Shown in pieces: positions 49,001 to 61,400 of a stretch of 64,000 bases of DNA (positions within the stretch are counted from its first letter, which is position 1; every line of letters starts with the position of its first letter). The DNA is from Klebsormidium nitens (taxonomy: Eukaryota; Plantae; Klebsormidiophyceae). The position numbers and the translations under genes were made by a program. The stretch covers positions 1 to 64,000 of the forward strand of contig DF237006.1 of assembly GCA_000708835.1 (NCBI GenBank), in the 5' to 3' direction. The notes beneath the pieces are model-generated. The model was not told the DNA's origin and did no database searches. It saw only the letters and a program-made list of their open reading frames with translations.

Positions 49001-50816
49001 ACAGCGGAAACTGTACCACCGCACGCAGTCCAGGGTGTTGGACCTCGAAAGGTTTCCAGAAGTCCAAATCTGGTCCACATTCTCCTTTCAGGGTTTCTGA
49101 CACTGTTGCACACTGCACAGGAGCGCGCAGAGCAGGTACATGCCTCCGCATCAACGACCTTCTGTAATACAGCCTCACCTCCCAACTGATCCCTTCCAAT
49201 GAGCGACTGGTCGATGCGCACGGTGCAGTTGGCAAGCGCGTCCTTCCCACTCAGCTTCTGGTATGCGTCCCGTTGCTCCGCCCGCTGCTGCTTCTCCTGC
49301 TCCCGCTGTGCGCGCTTCTCCTGCACACACATGAGGGGGCCCAGCTGTCAACCCAAAGCACAGCCCAATCATGTTACACCGCGCTTCTTTTGACTTCACC
49401 TTGCAGAGCCTTGAGGCCAGTCCACCTCCTTAGTGAGACTGCTTTAGAGCTCAATCAGGATCTTCGGTTTGGTCCTCACCTCGGCTGCCTGTTTCCTGGC
49501 CTCCTGCCTCTCCTGCTTCAGCCGCTCCTTCTCCTGCCGCTGCTCCTGCCGCTGCTTCTCCCGCTGCTCCGCCTTGAGCGCCTTCTCCTGCGCTGCCCGC
49601 CGCTTCTTCAGCTCCGCCAGCCTCCGCTTCTTCTCCTTCTCGTCCAGCCCCTCCAGCCCCTCCTCCCCCTTGCTCTCTCCTGCCACCCCATGCCCAAGGC
49701 CCCCATCTCTCTCTGCATCCTCCATCTTGTTATCTGCTCCACTAGCATCCACTCGCTGGCGCTTCGCACCCCCCGTGGCCCCCGCGCTTCCCTTTTGTTT
49801 CGGCACAGCTTTCTGCTTTGCCGGAGCCACGTTGATGAGGTCCACCTCATCTTCTGAGTCATCGCTGCTCTCCTCGCCGTCTCTCTGTCCGCCCTCGTCG
49901 TCCGACCAACCTACTTTCTTCTTCCCCTTTGCGTCCGCCGAGACTTTTCTCTTGCATTCCCCCTTGCCGATGCCACCACTGGACCCTGTGGGCCCATCTG
50001 ACAGCTCGGGCCTGGGAGGGGACCATGGAGCGGGAGGTCGCTTGCCAGGGTTCTGTCCAGAGGGAGCCGCTCTGTCCCCAGCCAGACCCCCACAGTCCTC
50101 CATCACTGTAGGCATGCGTGATAGGGGTCTCCATTTTGCTGGCCGCTTGTCATCATCATCGTCCTCGCTTGAACTCAGGTCCACAACCTCCTTCCGGCCT
50201 ACATTATGAGACAGAATCATCAGGAGTGAGGCATACGTTGGGCTTGCAATTCCTCGATTGCCAGCTGTAACAGTCCCTGCTACTTTCTCCTGCACAAGTC
50301 TCATTCTGCATGGTTTAGTGCTTCTGCAAAAAGTCTGGTCAGTATGAGCATACTAGCGAGGTTGAGCATGCCAGCGTGTGCATAAGAGGCAATAAGAAGT
50401 GGCTGCATATTTTAGGGATGGGTCGCCACAGGTCCTGATGACTACAATCCAATGCTTCCAGGGCCACTTGCATCCTAACGAACATATTGCTTCTAGCCAA
50501 TTGAAAGCAGACCAAAGAAACAGGGGCCACAATCCAAACAGTCACCTTGTGTCCCCAGTGCCCCTTTCGGGGAAGCCTTCGCCTGACTATCCGAGTCAGT
50601 ATCCAGATTCACCAGGTCCCTCGGCTTGTTCCTTTCAGACTGCTTCTTCGCATCCTTCTTTCGCTGCTTGGAGAACTCTGCCATAGGATTAGGCATGGGC
50701 CCATTCATATTGACGTGATGCTCTGTCAAAACACGCTCATTCTTCTGCTCATGAGGGCCCCCATGGCGCCAGTCTAGGTCATACCCAGCATCGCTGTTGC
50801 TGTCGCTGTCCGCCAT
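46030..50816 (-). CDS. EME1: Crossover junction endonuclease regulatory subunit EME1 (ERCC4-like plus HhH)
   Basis: Acidic/Lys-rich N-terminus and a KAEQREKQRQE coiled coil, then CTVRIDQSLI, ITWRR, VPYVVLVYSAAVFCDMV, VDEALARLCVHY, AAEHIANLTRGHAEAPYK, LTLLDGVSINVAEAIKRRYPTLRSLLDAY and RRVGPKLSEKVHRFF. This matches the plant EME1 layout. Confidence 0.82.
48819..49080. mobile_element. Possible old MITE/foldback in an EME1 intron
   Basis: Inverted repeats ATGTGGACCAAATTCGCACTTTTGGAACCCT versus reverse complement ATGTGGACCAGATTTGGACTTCTGGAAACCT (26/31). No TSD is visible. Confidence 0.4.
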
Positions 50817-51369
50817 CAGCAGCAGGTGGTTGCCCTGCTCAGTACCGGTACGTTCGAACAATCTGATTGCTGCATCCAACCTCAAGCAAAATGCAGCGCC
50901 ACCAACAACTTGGCAAGTTCTACCAGAGGTACCCCAATGGCAATGGCATAAACCACCCAAACAAGTGGTGTGGACCGTGGTGCATTCGACTGTTGTTGAG
51001 GCATCATGCTCCTTGAAGTGGCAAGTGGTTTTGAAAGTGCTCCCGCCAAAAGTTCACCCCCTGGAAAAGCCGGAATTGTCTTGACACATGATCAAACTGA
51101 AAATACTTTTTAACATCCTCGTTGTCGTAAAGTGTCAAAAACAATGGCAGCAATTTCAGCGACCACTGGGTCCACTAGCAGTTTGCAGTGGTCGCTTCTA
51201 TCATTAGGGCCTGGTAATAGTGGCAGCAATTGGCTCTCATCGGACGGCTGAATGTAGCTGCACTGTATCGACGGGTATGTCACCGCCCGCACAGTAAACT
51301 TTTCAATAACCAGGGGGAATTGCAGTTCTGAGGGTTGTATGATCCGGTAGTGCAGGAAGCATTCCCTGC

Positions 51370-54300
51370 ATGGGCTCGTTGTATGAAAGATGGTGCTCAA
51401 ACGCTGGCGGAGAGCGCATGGACAAGGCACGGGACGCCGACGGCGAATCGGAAGGGCCACAACGGCCAGCGGGGCCCCAGCAGGAGCCTGCCAAGCCAGG
51501 CCCCGGTCACTTTGACCTGAATGAGACAACTGGGTTGAACGATATCGGGGTGGACGGTTCTGTCTCAGTCAACGGTCTGAGGCCTCCTTTCGGTGGCCCT
51601 GTTCCACCCCATGTGCCAACGTACACATCAAACGGCAAGGCAGCTAGCGCCGCTGCCAAGCCTCCTCCCGCGCAAAGCAGACAACCAGCCGCAGCAGCTC
51701 ATGATGGCCGCTGGAAGACTGCCAATGGGCATGGCGGGGGACAGGGAAGAGCAGCCGCAGGTCTGGAAGCTGACAGAACGACTGCTGTTCCAGTGGCAAG
51801 GGCAGCTCAACCTCGGCCCGCATTCAGGGTCAGCCCTCCCGATCCAGAAGTGGTGGACATAGACACCGACAGTGAGGATGGAAGCGAGACGGAAGAAGAT
51901 GCTGAAGACTACACCGAATCAGAAACAGGGTCCGAGGGGGAGGAAGAGGGACATGCCGGAGGTAAGTCAGTTTACAACAACCTGATTTGTGGGGTCCGGC
52001 AAAAGTTTTGTGGGCATTGCATGTTCTTAGATGGTGGCACCTTAACTCGAAATGTCAGCACACGAGTTGCACGTCATGTTATGCATCTCCGACTTGTGTT
52101 GACCAGCCATTCTGGGCTGGCGGAGTTCGCAAACTAAAGCAAAACGTTCCAGAGTTGGGTCTCATTGCCTTCCGTAGGAGGGTAAGTGAGTCAGCCTATA
52201 CTGGCCTTGCCGGGCTGGTGCGTCAACCGCAATTTCCAAAAAACTAACCTCTAAGAGGACCATGAGGCTCATTGGAATGTGGCGCATTGCTGCAGGTCCC
52301 GGGTCTGCTGCACCATTGGGCGGCCACTGGCCGCAACAGAGGGGCTCACAAGGCATCCCAATGCAAGCGGGGTCTTCTTTTCCGGAGGCAGCTAATGACC
52401 AGCGGCGAGGTTCAAACCGGTTCAAGGCACCCTCGGTCCACGATGACAGCGACGATCCAGACGACTGCGTCATCCTGGGGGAGACCCGCTCAGCAGCCAC
52501 CGTACGACCTTCCGCTGCGGCCAATGGGAGTGCCACAGCGGGGGGGGGGGCTGTTCCCGACCTGGGTGGTCCTGGTGCACACGGGGCTGCTTGGCCTGGC
52601 GCCCGGAGAGGGGGGGACCTTGGCAGGCATGACAACTGGCGGACCGCAGCTGGGCCAAGCGGACGAACAGATGCAAACGAGGAAGGGAGAAACCCTGTGA
52701 AGGCAGGGGCGGAGCAGCAGGTGCCAAAAAGCTCGGGCCCAGCGAGGCCGTCCACTTCTGGGCGAGGGGTGGGCACGGGACAAGGGGCCGCAGGAGAGGA
52801 CGAGGGTTCAGATACAGAGATCCTGGAGGGCCCACAGATCAGTAAGGAGTGGGAAGCAGCAAAGCAGACAAAGAGGAAGCGCCGCGAAGAGCGGGTACCA
52901 GCGCAGCCAGGGGCACATCGAGAGGAAGGCGGGGCGGGGCTGGCGGATGGCGCGGTTGATGAGGGAGGCGCGAGTGCGTTCAAGCGGGGGAGGACTGAGG
53001 TCCCAGGGGCAGCGCCGGGGCCTTCCAGCCCGGGTGTAAGGAAAGGGGGAGAGAAGTTCAGCTTTTCTCAAGTAGTGCGGGAGAGAGCGGCGGCAGGGGC
53101 TAAAGAGGCGGGGGCGGGGCCACAAGGGAAAGGGGAAGGGGGTCAGAAAAGGAAGGCGGACGAGGAGGGGGACAGGAGACAGAAGCAGCAGAAAGTGCCC
53201 CCAATGGCGGACTTGCGGGCAAGAGTCCAGCCGAGAGCAAGCATAGCCGCTCAGGCAGGGGGCAAGGGGAATGCAAGGGGGCCAACGGTGATGACGGGGT
53301 TGTTCAGCTCGGGGGGCGCCGGACTACGGCCTGTGACTTCCAAGGGGAGCCAGCCACCCAGCCGCGCCAACGGCTGGAAACCGCGGCCGGTGGGACAGGC
53401 GGCAGGCAAGAGTGACCAAGGGGCAGCGCCTGCAGCACAAGATGCAGCCCCTACCGGCCCTCAGCCAATGGCAAAGCAGGAGGGGGTTGAGGGGATGCCG
53501 GCGAGTGCATCAGCCGCGAGGGAGGGGGAACCAGCTGTCTCACGCTCTGAGGAGGGGGCAGACGGGCGTGATCAGGAGGTGCCGCAGAGTGTGGAGTCGG
53601 CCAGGGTGAGGACCGAGGATCGAGCGAGAGAAGATGTGGAACAAACAGATAAGGCTGTCAGCGAGGTGGCGGAGAGACCGGACGCCGAGGCTCGGGTTTT
53701 CGTCAAAAGCGAGAAGGCGGATGAGCGAAGTGATCTTGAGAAGGTTGGTCAACACAAGGAAGAACCCCCTCCACAACAGAGTCAAGCGGGGCCATCAGAG
53801 AGAGGACCCTTTGAAGCGGAGGGGGAGCAGGACGAGGCGAGAACACCAGTGGTGCTGCGAGAGGCGTTGAAGGACAGTGAGGAGTTCCGATCAGCGGATG
53901 CGGCAGAATGGGAGCAGCGGCAGGTGGCCATCGCAAAACAGGTAAGGGGTGCTCAGGCGTCCTATGCTGGGTTGGCTTGTCAAAGTGGCGCGCCCTTGTT
54001 GGATGGGACAGCTTAATTCTTCTGGTTGAGCAAGGCTGCTTCCTTTGGTCCTGCAACTGAATCAAAGCTGCTGTAGATGATGCCAACCGCACTGTGCAAG
54101 GCAGGGTGGAGGTTGCCGCTGCTCAGGGTTTGTTCTCTGAGGTGCTTCGACTGGGCATGCTTGGCTTTGTTGTTTACCTGTGGCGTTTAGCACCGCAGAT
54201 GCTGCTCCTGCCGATTCGTCTTTGGCGTAGTTAACTTCTCCTTGATTGCTCTCTGAAGCACGATAACTCTCCGTCTGTTGCGATGCATTGCCAGAACGAG

Positions 54301-55426
54301 GAGGCTGCTGCCCTGAAGCGCGCTCTGAAGCGCAAGCGCGCGGACCAGGAGCGCCAGCTGGAGACGGAGCAGCGCCAGAAGCAGCGGCTCGACGAACTCC
54401 GCACCCAGCAGGCGCAGGTGGGCCCCAGCACACTGTGCTTGCGCTTGCGGTCTAAATCTTTGCAGTCGGTGATACGGATTGCGGAGTTATCTTGTCAGGT
54501 GCCGCATGGTGTCTAGGAGCCGGACTAGGGGTTTGACTTCCGACCCAGTACCCTGCTTCACACTCTCGTTAGTCGCTCGGCTTCGATCCATTGTGAGTCG
54601 GAGCCTGGCGTTCAGAAGTGAGTGTTCTTCTCAGTAGCTCGGTAAGTATACAGAGGCTGCAGAGAACATGACATTTCGTCGTCTTTGCGGTTCGTCATAT
54701 TCGACAGAGCTTGGCAGCTTCGGTGCTGGTGTACGGCCCGGCCAATTGTGACGCGAAATGTAACGGTGGTGGCCTGCAGGAGGAGAGCCGGTCAGCGGAC
54801 CGCGAGAGGTTACGGGGGAGGATCCGGGCGGACCTAGAGCGCAAGAGCCGGGGCGCACACGACATGGCGGCGCTGCTGCGCGCGCTGGGGATTCCCGTGG
54901 AAGGCGGCCTGCGGCCTTCAACGCAACAGGTGGGGCTAAAGCGGGCAAGAATCGGCAGCTTGATTCACCTTCCTGTCGACAGGTATGGGTTTATTTCAGC
55001 GTCGAGCCGAAGGGGTGCACGTACAACCAGAGAGCGTGGTGAAAGGATGCAGAAAGGCGCCCTGTGATGCAGGTGCCATTGAAGCAAGGCTTGTGCCGTT
55101 CGGAACAGTCGGACTCGAGTCGACGAACGGTTCTCTTCTCCTATCCAATTGTAGTACCTTACGAACGATTTTCGTATTGGTGGTGTGCAACTGCTTGTCC
55201 GTTGGTTAACGAGGTACATGTGCCCCTTTAGGTGAACGCGGCCTACAAGAAGGCGCTGTTGCGCTTCCACCCTGACCGGGTGAACAGTAGCGCCCCTGGC
55301 GATGTCCAGAAGCAAGTCGAAGCCGAGGAAACGTTCAAGGTGATCTCGAAGTTGAAAGAGAAGCTAAGCGCGGCTCCAAAACTGCCAGCATTTTACGGCT
55401 TTGCTTCTGGAAGCGGCCACTTCTGA
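51370..55426 (+). CDS. Plant-type C-terminal J-domain (DnaJ superfamily) protein with a long disordered N-terminus
   Basis: ALKDSEEFRSADAAEWEQRQ, ETEQRQKQRLDELR, DMAALLRALGIPVEGG and VNAAYKKALLRFHPDR...QVEAEETFKVISKLKEK with an intact HPD motif. Start is ATG 51370 or 51418. Confidence 0.87.
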
Positions 55427-57377
55427 AACAAGGCCAATATGTTCCACGCAACGATGTAAATAATGTTCTGGGAACGGGTCCAAACGGCTTCGTCAACGAG
55501 GTAACCCTTCTTGATCATGCGAGTTTTGTCTTGTGCTTTCTCTGCTTTACGCGCCTTGACGTCCCTTGTCCTACCATAGGTGAGTTGTTTAATCTGCGGT
55601 TTTGCTTCTGGTACTGTCCCTGGCCCGTTTCTTCTAGATATCGACCAGTGTAGAAAATTGTGTCCTCTTGAACCTAGGGACACGAGACGTGCAAGCTGGC
55701 CGCCGAAGACCGATCAACTTCGAACGTGCAGAAAGAAGCTGCTCGAAGTGTGCGGTCAGTCTTGTTCTTGGCGAGTCTTGGCATGACGTCGAGAGTTCTC
55801 ACATTTGCTTCAGCTTTGACCTGGAAACTCAACGCACACACCAATATCGAAGCCGTAGCAATCCACTCGAAAGCTTATCCCGCGTGGCATCCATGTCGTC
55901 GTTTTTTTCTTTGGGGATAAACAGGAAGTACAATGATTGAAGGCTTCAAGATGTGCATACATAGCTATCATTCATAATTGCTTTGCTCAACCCATTGGAG
56001 TATTCATCAAGACAAGACTTGTTGCCTCCTAGGCAACGAAATTGTTTAGTGTTCAATCCTTTCGAGGAGCTTTCAAGTCCACATTATAAAATGCAGGATT
56101 ATGGTTGATGTGGAGAAAGGCAGTAAATCTTCCTACATTGCGATGCGGTAGGGCATGGCATGGATACCTATGGTTTATCTCGAACCTATATTAACGTAGT
56201 GCTTAACCGGTGCTTAAGTTCAGCATGGCTCATGAACTCACTTATTTAAAATTATACACAGAGTCATTTTGCAGATGACCAATTGTTGTGTGCCCTAGGG
56301 CCATTATTAGCACATATCCGGCGCTAGGTACTAATCTTGCTTTCATTTGATACAGTAAAGCCTGCTATACATACTCAAGGGTTATGTGAGACCAACATGC
56401 ATACATGTGAGACAGGTCTGAACAGGGCCGGGCTGGCCCCTTAAAGTGCATGATTAGATAGTGGGCGCCGACTTGAGCAGCTAGCTATAAGCTCTTTCTC
56501 ACGACTTTCCCTCCCTTGTTTTTGTTTTGAACAAAAACAACTTAGGACACATGCTATCGGCGATCAATGGGTGGCCAATAAGAGGACTACTTAGACGTGA
56601 TTGCTAAAAGCGTTCAGATTATGGAGTCAGGACTTGTGTAGAAAAATTGTACGGCACTGTATGCCAGCGATGGTGATCTACATAGTTTGGTGCCAACGCA
56701 GCTATCCTTTGAGGATACGGGAGCATACAGCACCATCCGACTTCCGCAAGCGACCCTGGTCCTAGGCATCGTGTCACAATCTATGCAATGGTGCAAGAGC
56801 GCCAAGAACTCCGAATATTGGCCCTCCGACTCGAAGTGGTGGGGCTTGTGGTTGGTGGGGCCAACATCTGGGGGCAAATTTTCTCCTGTCCATCAAAAAG
56901 CTTTTCACGGAAACAGTGGGAAGCGGGCAGTGGTGCCTGTTCTTTTTTGGAGTTCCGGACGCCCTTGCGGACATGTTTTGACGTGAGAACACGATGCCCC
57001 ATTGGCAGGGCCGGTTGTAAGCTTTCAAATGATGTTGAAGCCTTGAAGGAGTCGCCAAGCTGCCCTGTTGCTTCTGTTGCCCAAAAGCTGCAATGGAACC
57101 CCATCAGGAATCAAGTTCCACCAACAAAAATAATAATAATGACATACAAAGCAATGCGTTGGCCATGCCAACTCAATGAGTACAACAGCATCCGAGTAGT
57201 AGTTGTGGATACTCCAACTACCTTACGTTTATACCTAGTACTAAGGTTTCCGTCACGTACCTAGGTCCATGCTCTGTGCAACACCCGTGCAACATCTGAA
57301 ACTTCCAACTTCACAGGGCCGCACATGCAGTACTGGCAAAACAATTGATCGCCGGTTTTGAAAGCCGTACAGTTTCC

Positions 57378-57405
57378 GTACAGTGACAACATGTTGTCAC
57401 TGTAC
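57378..57405. repeat. Perfect 28-bp palindrome
   Basis: GTACAGTGACAACA-TGTTGTCACTGTAC with no spacer. Confidence 0.9.
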
Positions 57406-58404
57406 AGGTGGTGACACCTGGCAAACAATCAAGAAGTGCAAAAATATCACGACGTCAATCAAACGTCAGACAGGTATTTATATTGCCAAGTGGCAGCTTT
57501 ATAGACCTCTTAACCCTGTCATGTGGTGCATGTGGTCTACGTAAATTTGCGAGTCGCTGACTTGGCATGCGTCTATCTATCTGACACGCAGTCCGGGCTC
57601 GGCAGTCGGTTGACCGTTGCAGGTTTTGTTACCTCGGCGCGGCGGCACGCTCGGCCGCCTGACTCCTGACTCGTATGCACTGTGATGATGGCATTCCAAG
57701 GCTGGGGCCAATATTCGTAGTCATTGGCACGTACAAGGCTGGCATGTTTGGCGCTTCGAAGTCGGGCAAGAGAGCGAAAGGAGGACTGCATGACAAAAGG
57801 CAATGTGAGAAACTTGAACACTCGTATCAGGTGAATTTGCGTATACTTCAAACGTTTGTCTACATTGTGCTAGCGCCACTTTTCATCCAACTCTCTTGCA
57901 TTGGCGCCAACGCACTGGCAAGCAATTAACGAAGAAGGGCGAGCGTGAGGCCACTGAGGTAGGGCTGCACAGCACCGTCGGAGCTGTACGAGTAACGACG
58001 GTCGTTCGCCTGATCCCCTCCCCAGGGGTACCACTTAATATGGTAAGTGTTACTCCTCCAGGTTCGAAAAGTGTTTGCTGCACACGTATGTGAGGTTCGA
58101 AGTTCAAGGCCTAGGAACTTATCCGTGCCAAAGAGCTTCCTGGGGCAGGGTGCACCTTTTCAGTGATCCATGCAGTACTCGCGGTTTGTGAAGCTGATTG
58201 CTGCGAATTTGGGAGCAACCAGGAAAGGAGTTGCATAAGTGGCCTTCGCTGATTGTGTTAGTAGTCATCAGATTGTCAGACTGGACAGCCTCCGCGGGCT
58301 TGGATCAAAGTTTGTAATACCAGACTCAAATCTGCAAGTTGCTCAGTACCTTTACTACTCAGATGACTTAACATCAACGCGGCCATGTCTTGCTCCTAAA
58401 CGCG

Positions 58405-61400
58405 ATGTCAGCAACTGCCATCACCAAAGAGCAGGTCGGGGCTAAGCATCTCACCTGGTTTTTATCAGTTCATTCTTTCAAGCAGCCACACAAAACTATG
58501 ATTCAAAGGAGAATGTATTTCTGCTTTGGAATCGGCTTTAGCTCAAGGTCTGACTTTACAGTGCAGGCAGATTGACAGTAAGGAAACTCCCCAGAAGCAG
58601 AAGCCCAAGCCCTGATGCCTGCAGTCAGGCAGATTGTTTGGAAGTCTAATACTGATGATGTACAGACGCACTACTGGATCTAAATTGGAAGTTGTCATGC
58701 TTAACAGCAGTCACCGTGATAAAAACTTTCTGTGGAACCTTAAGATCACTCGGGTCTGCAGCACAGACCTCTCAAGTCAGCAGTGCTTTTAAGTGAGAGT
58801 TGGCGGAAGTTGTTCAGAACGCCGTCCTTCCATCTAACTCAGGGTTGTGACGCCGGTCACTATCTTTTTCTACAGGCTGGCTTGGTAAACTTGCTTAACA
58901 GGGGTGCCAATAACACCTGCTTCTTTACAGCAACATGGTTGTCAACCTAGGAGTACAGTCCAACGACAGCTAGGCAGGCTTGCACTTCTGAGATGCCCCA
59001 GGGCTTTCAGTTTATACTTCCAGCTTCCTTGCTCTGAGTCTTTGAGCAATCAAAGTGCTGTCTTTGCAGGCGCCAGAGAATCCTGCTGCCCACCTGCAAA
59101 CCAAGGAGGATGCTGATGTCAGCACCGTGCAAGGTATCAGGGAAGCCCCGGCAGGGGGCGCTCAGGGCAAAAAGATGGAGCCCTGGGAAATGGAGGCGGG
59201 TATGGACGGGCCCAGGAAGAAGGGGAACCCCATCCGGGTTATGCCGTAAGGGCCACATCAAACCGAATCCCAAGACCTCGTGATCAACTGAAATGACTGG
59301 CCGGGCTCGCTTTGTTCTTGAAAGCCTCGTTTTATCTTCAAACTTAATCAATGTTGCTGCTCAAGTTGCGTGATTCTTGGCCTGTCAAGTCAATCTGTAA
59401 CTGCAAGGTTCTGATTCAAACTAGGCTGTCATGAATAGCCCAACGGGGTCCGCTCACTCCCGCTCCCTCCGTCCTGAGTGCAGGTTCATCCTGGCCAACG
59501 AGTTCTGTGAGCGCCTGGCCTACTACGGAATCTCCACCAACCTGGTGAGCGCGCTCTTCCCCAGGGTCGCTTTTCCTGCTGTCTCTCGACTTCCATCGGC
59601 GTTCGTCACCTCCAAACGAGTGGGGCAGTCCCCAAATCTTTGCTCTTTCTGCCCCAGTTCTTCGGGCTCCTATTCTCCGGTGACCTATATATCAAAGGCG
59701 TGGAGGCTGACGTTTCCCGGGTGCTTTGCTCTTGTGGTCCAGGTGAACTACTTGATCGTCGTCCTTCACAAGGGCAACGGGTCCGCCGCCACCGCCGTCA
59801 CCAACTGGTCCGGCACCTGCTACGTGAGCACACCCACCGATTCGTTTCCTCGGCCTGGCTCGTTGTGGCGTTTGCCGCCTTTCGAAGATCGTCAAGGCTA
59901 CCTTCTGTGACACCCTCCAACGCAGTGTAGGGTGTCGGCTGAGGTCCAGATGCTAATAGCTGTGCTTTCAGTTTCCTTACAAAACGCAGAACTCTCGGTC
60001 TTGAGACCCCCTGCGCTGTCTTGTACATTAACTGGCTTTTGTTGCCTGCCTCATGTGCAGATTACCCCCCTGATTGGTGCTTTCCTCGCTGATGCGTACT
60101 GGGGGCGTTTCCTGACCATCCTCGTCTTCTCTGTAATCTACTTTGTGGTTAGCCAAACTCTACGATTCCATCTCCTTCCTGCGTTGGCCTGCACTTACCT
60201 GAAAGCTTCTTCCGACAGCTACTTCTAAAAGCATGAGCGTCGAGCTTGATGATCATTACATGCTTAGGGCCCAAAGCGTTTGCAAGCACCTCATCTCCCA
60301 GTAGCTTCACAACAAAACGTATAAATGCCTTCTGGAGTCTCGTGAAGATCTCTCGCACTTGCAGCTGAGTGATGGTGAATTCGCCTCCGTCTTAGTTCTC
60401 TAGTCTTGACCGTGAACACGAAACTTGATTGATTCAACTGCGCTGGACACTGCTCCACCAACTTGTAAACGAGCTCGGCACTTGTCTCAACCGCCTCGCC
60501 ACGTATTCGCAGGGCATGGTGCTGCTGACGGTGGACGCTGCGGTGCCGTCCCTGCACCCCTCCGCGGACAGCAGCGGCGCCACCGCGGCCCAGACGGGGC
60601 TCTTCTTCCTGGCGCTCTATATCATCGCACTCGGCACGGGCGGCATCAAGCCGTAAGTGTCTCCTCATGTGGGCCCCAGGATATATATGTTTGGTCTTTG
60701 CGAGCGAGCCCTTACTCTGACAAAGGTGATATTCAAGGCTCGCGATGCCAGCACACACGATGTCCAGATGTCCGCTATTGACTCGGAAAGATAGCTTGCC
60801 TTCCTGGAAAACCAAGAAACCCAAGTGACCGTTGTATGCCGCCCGGCTGCAGGTGCGTGTCGTCTTTCGGTGCGGACCAGTTCGACGAGCGCAACCCGCG
60901 GGAGAAGAAGCAAAAGAGCGCGTTCTTCAACTGGTTCTACTTCAGCATCAACGTCGGCGCGCTCATCTCGTCGTCCATCCTGGTCTGGGTGCAGGAGAGG
61001 ATCTCCTGGGCCTGGGGCTTCGGCATCCCAGGTGCGCACCTCCCCACGGACCGATCTCGTGTGCCAAATCGACAGCATAGAAAAGATTTGGGTTGCGGAA
61101 CATCTGTTGACGCTTGTTCAAGAAACTCATGGAGCGATGAATCGTTAAGCAACTGAATCTCGCAACGGAGCCGTTTGCTCAAGCACGAAGTTCTTCAAAG
61201 TTCCACCCGTTTCTCAAGCTCTAGCTGTTCGATCCACTTATCCAAGCAGGAAAACAATTCGCAGCCTTTGTCCCCACCTCAACCGCCTGCTATCTCCGCT
61301 TTGTCTCGTCGATTCCGTCTGACCCTGGCTCTGATTTTTCTCCAGCCGCTGCGATGGGCGTGGCCATCGTCTCGTTCTTCGTGGCCACCCCCTGGTACCG

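Noticed and set aside
15163-50816. Apparent functional cluster of RNA/DNA-processing genes (MAA3, SF3B4, ISY1, EME1)
   Set aside because: They are interspersed with unrelated genes and belong to common categories; there is no sequence evidence of a co-regulated cluster.
56781-57104. Peptide LPASHCFREKLFDGQE resembling the CACTA Transposase_21 'LPxxHxFR...FDG' motif
   Set aside because: Flanking conserved motifs (CPxC, GHRRF) are missing in all frames I checked. It needs an HMM search and is not supportable by eye.
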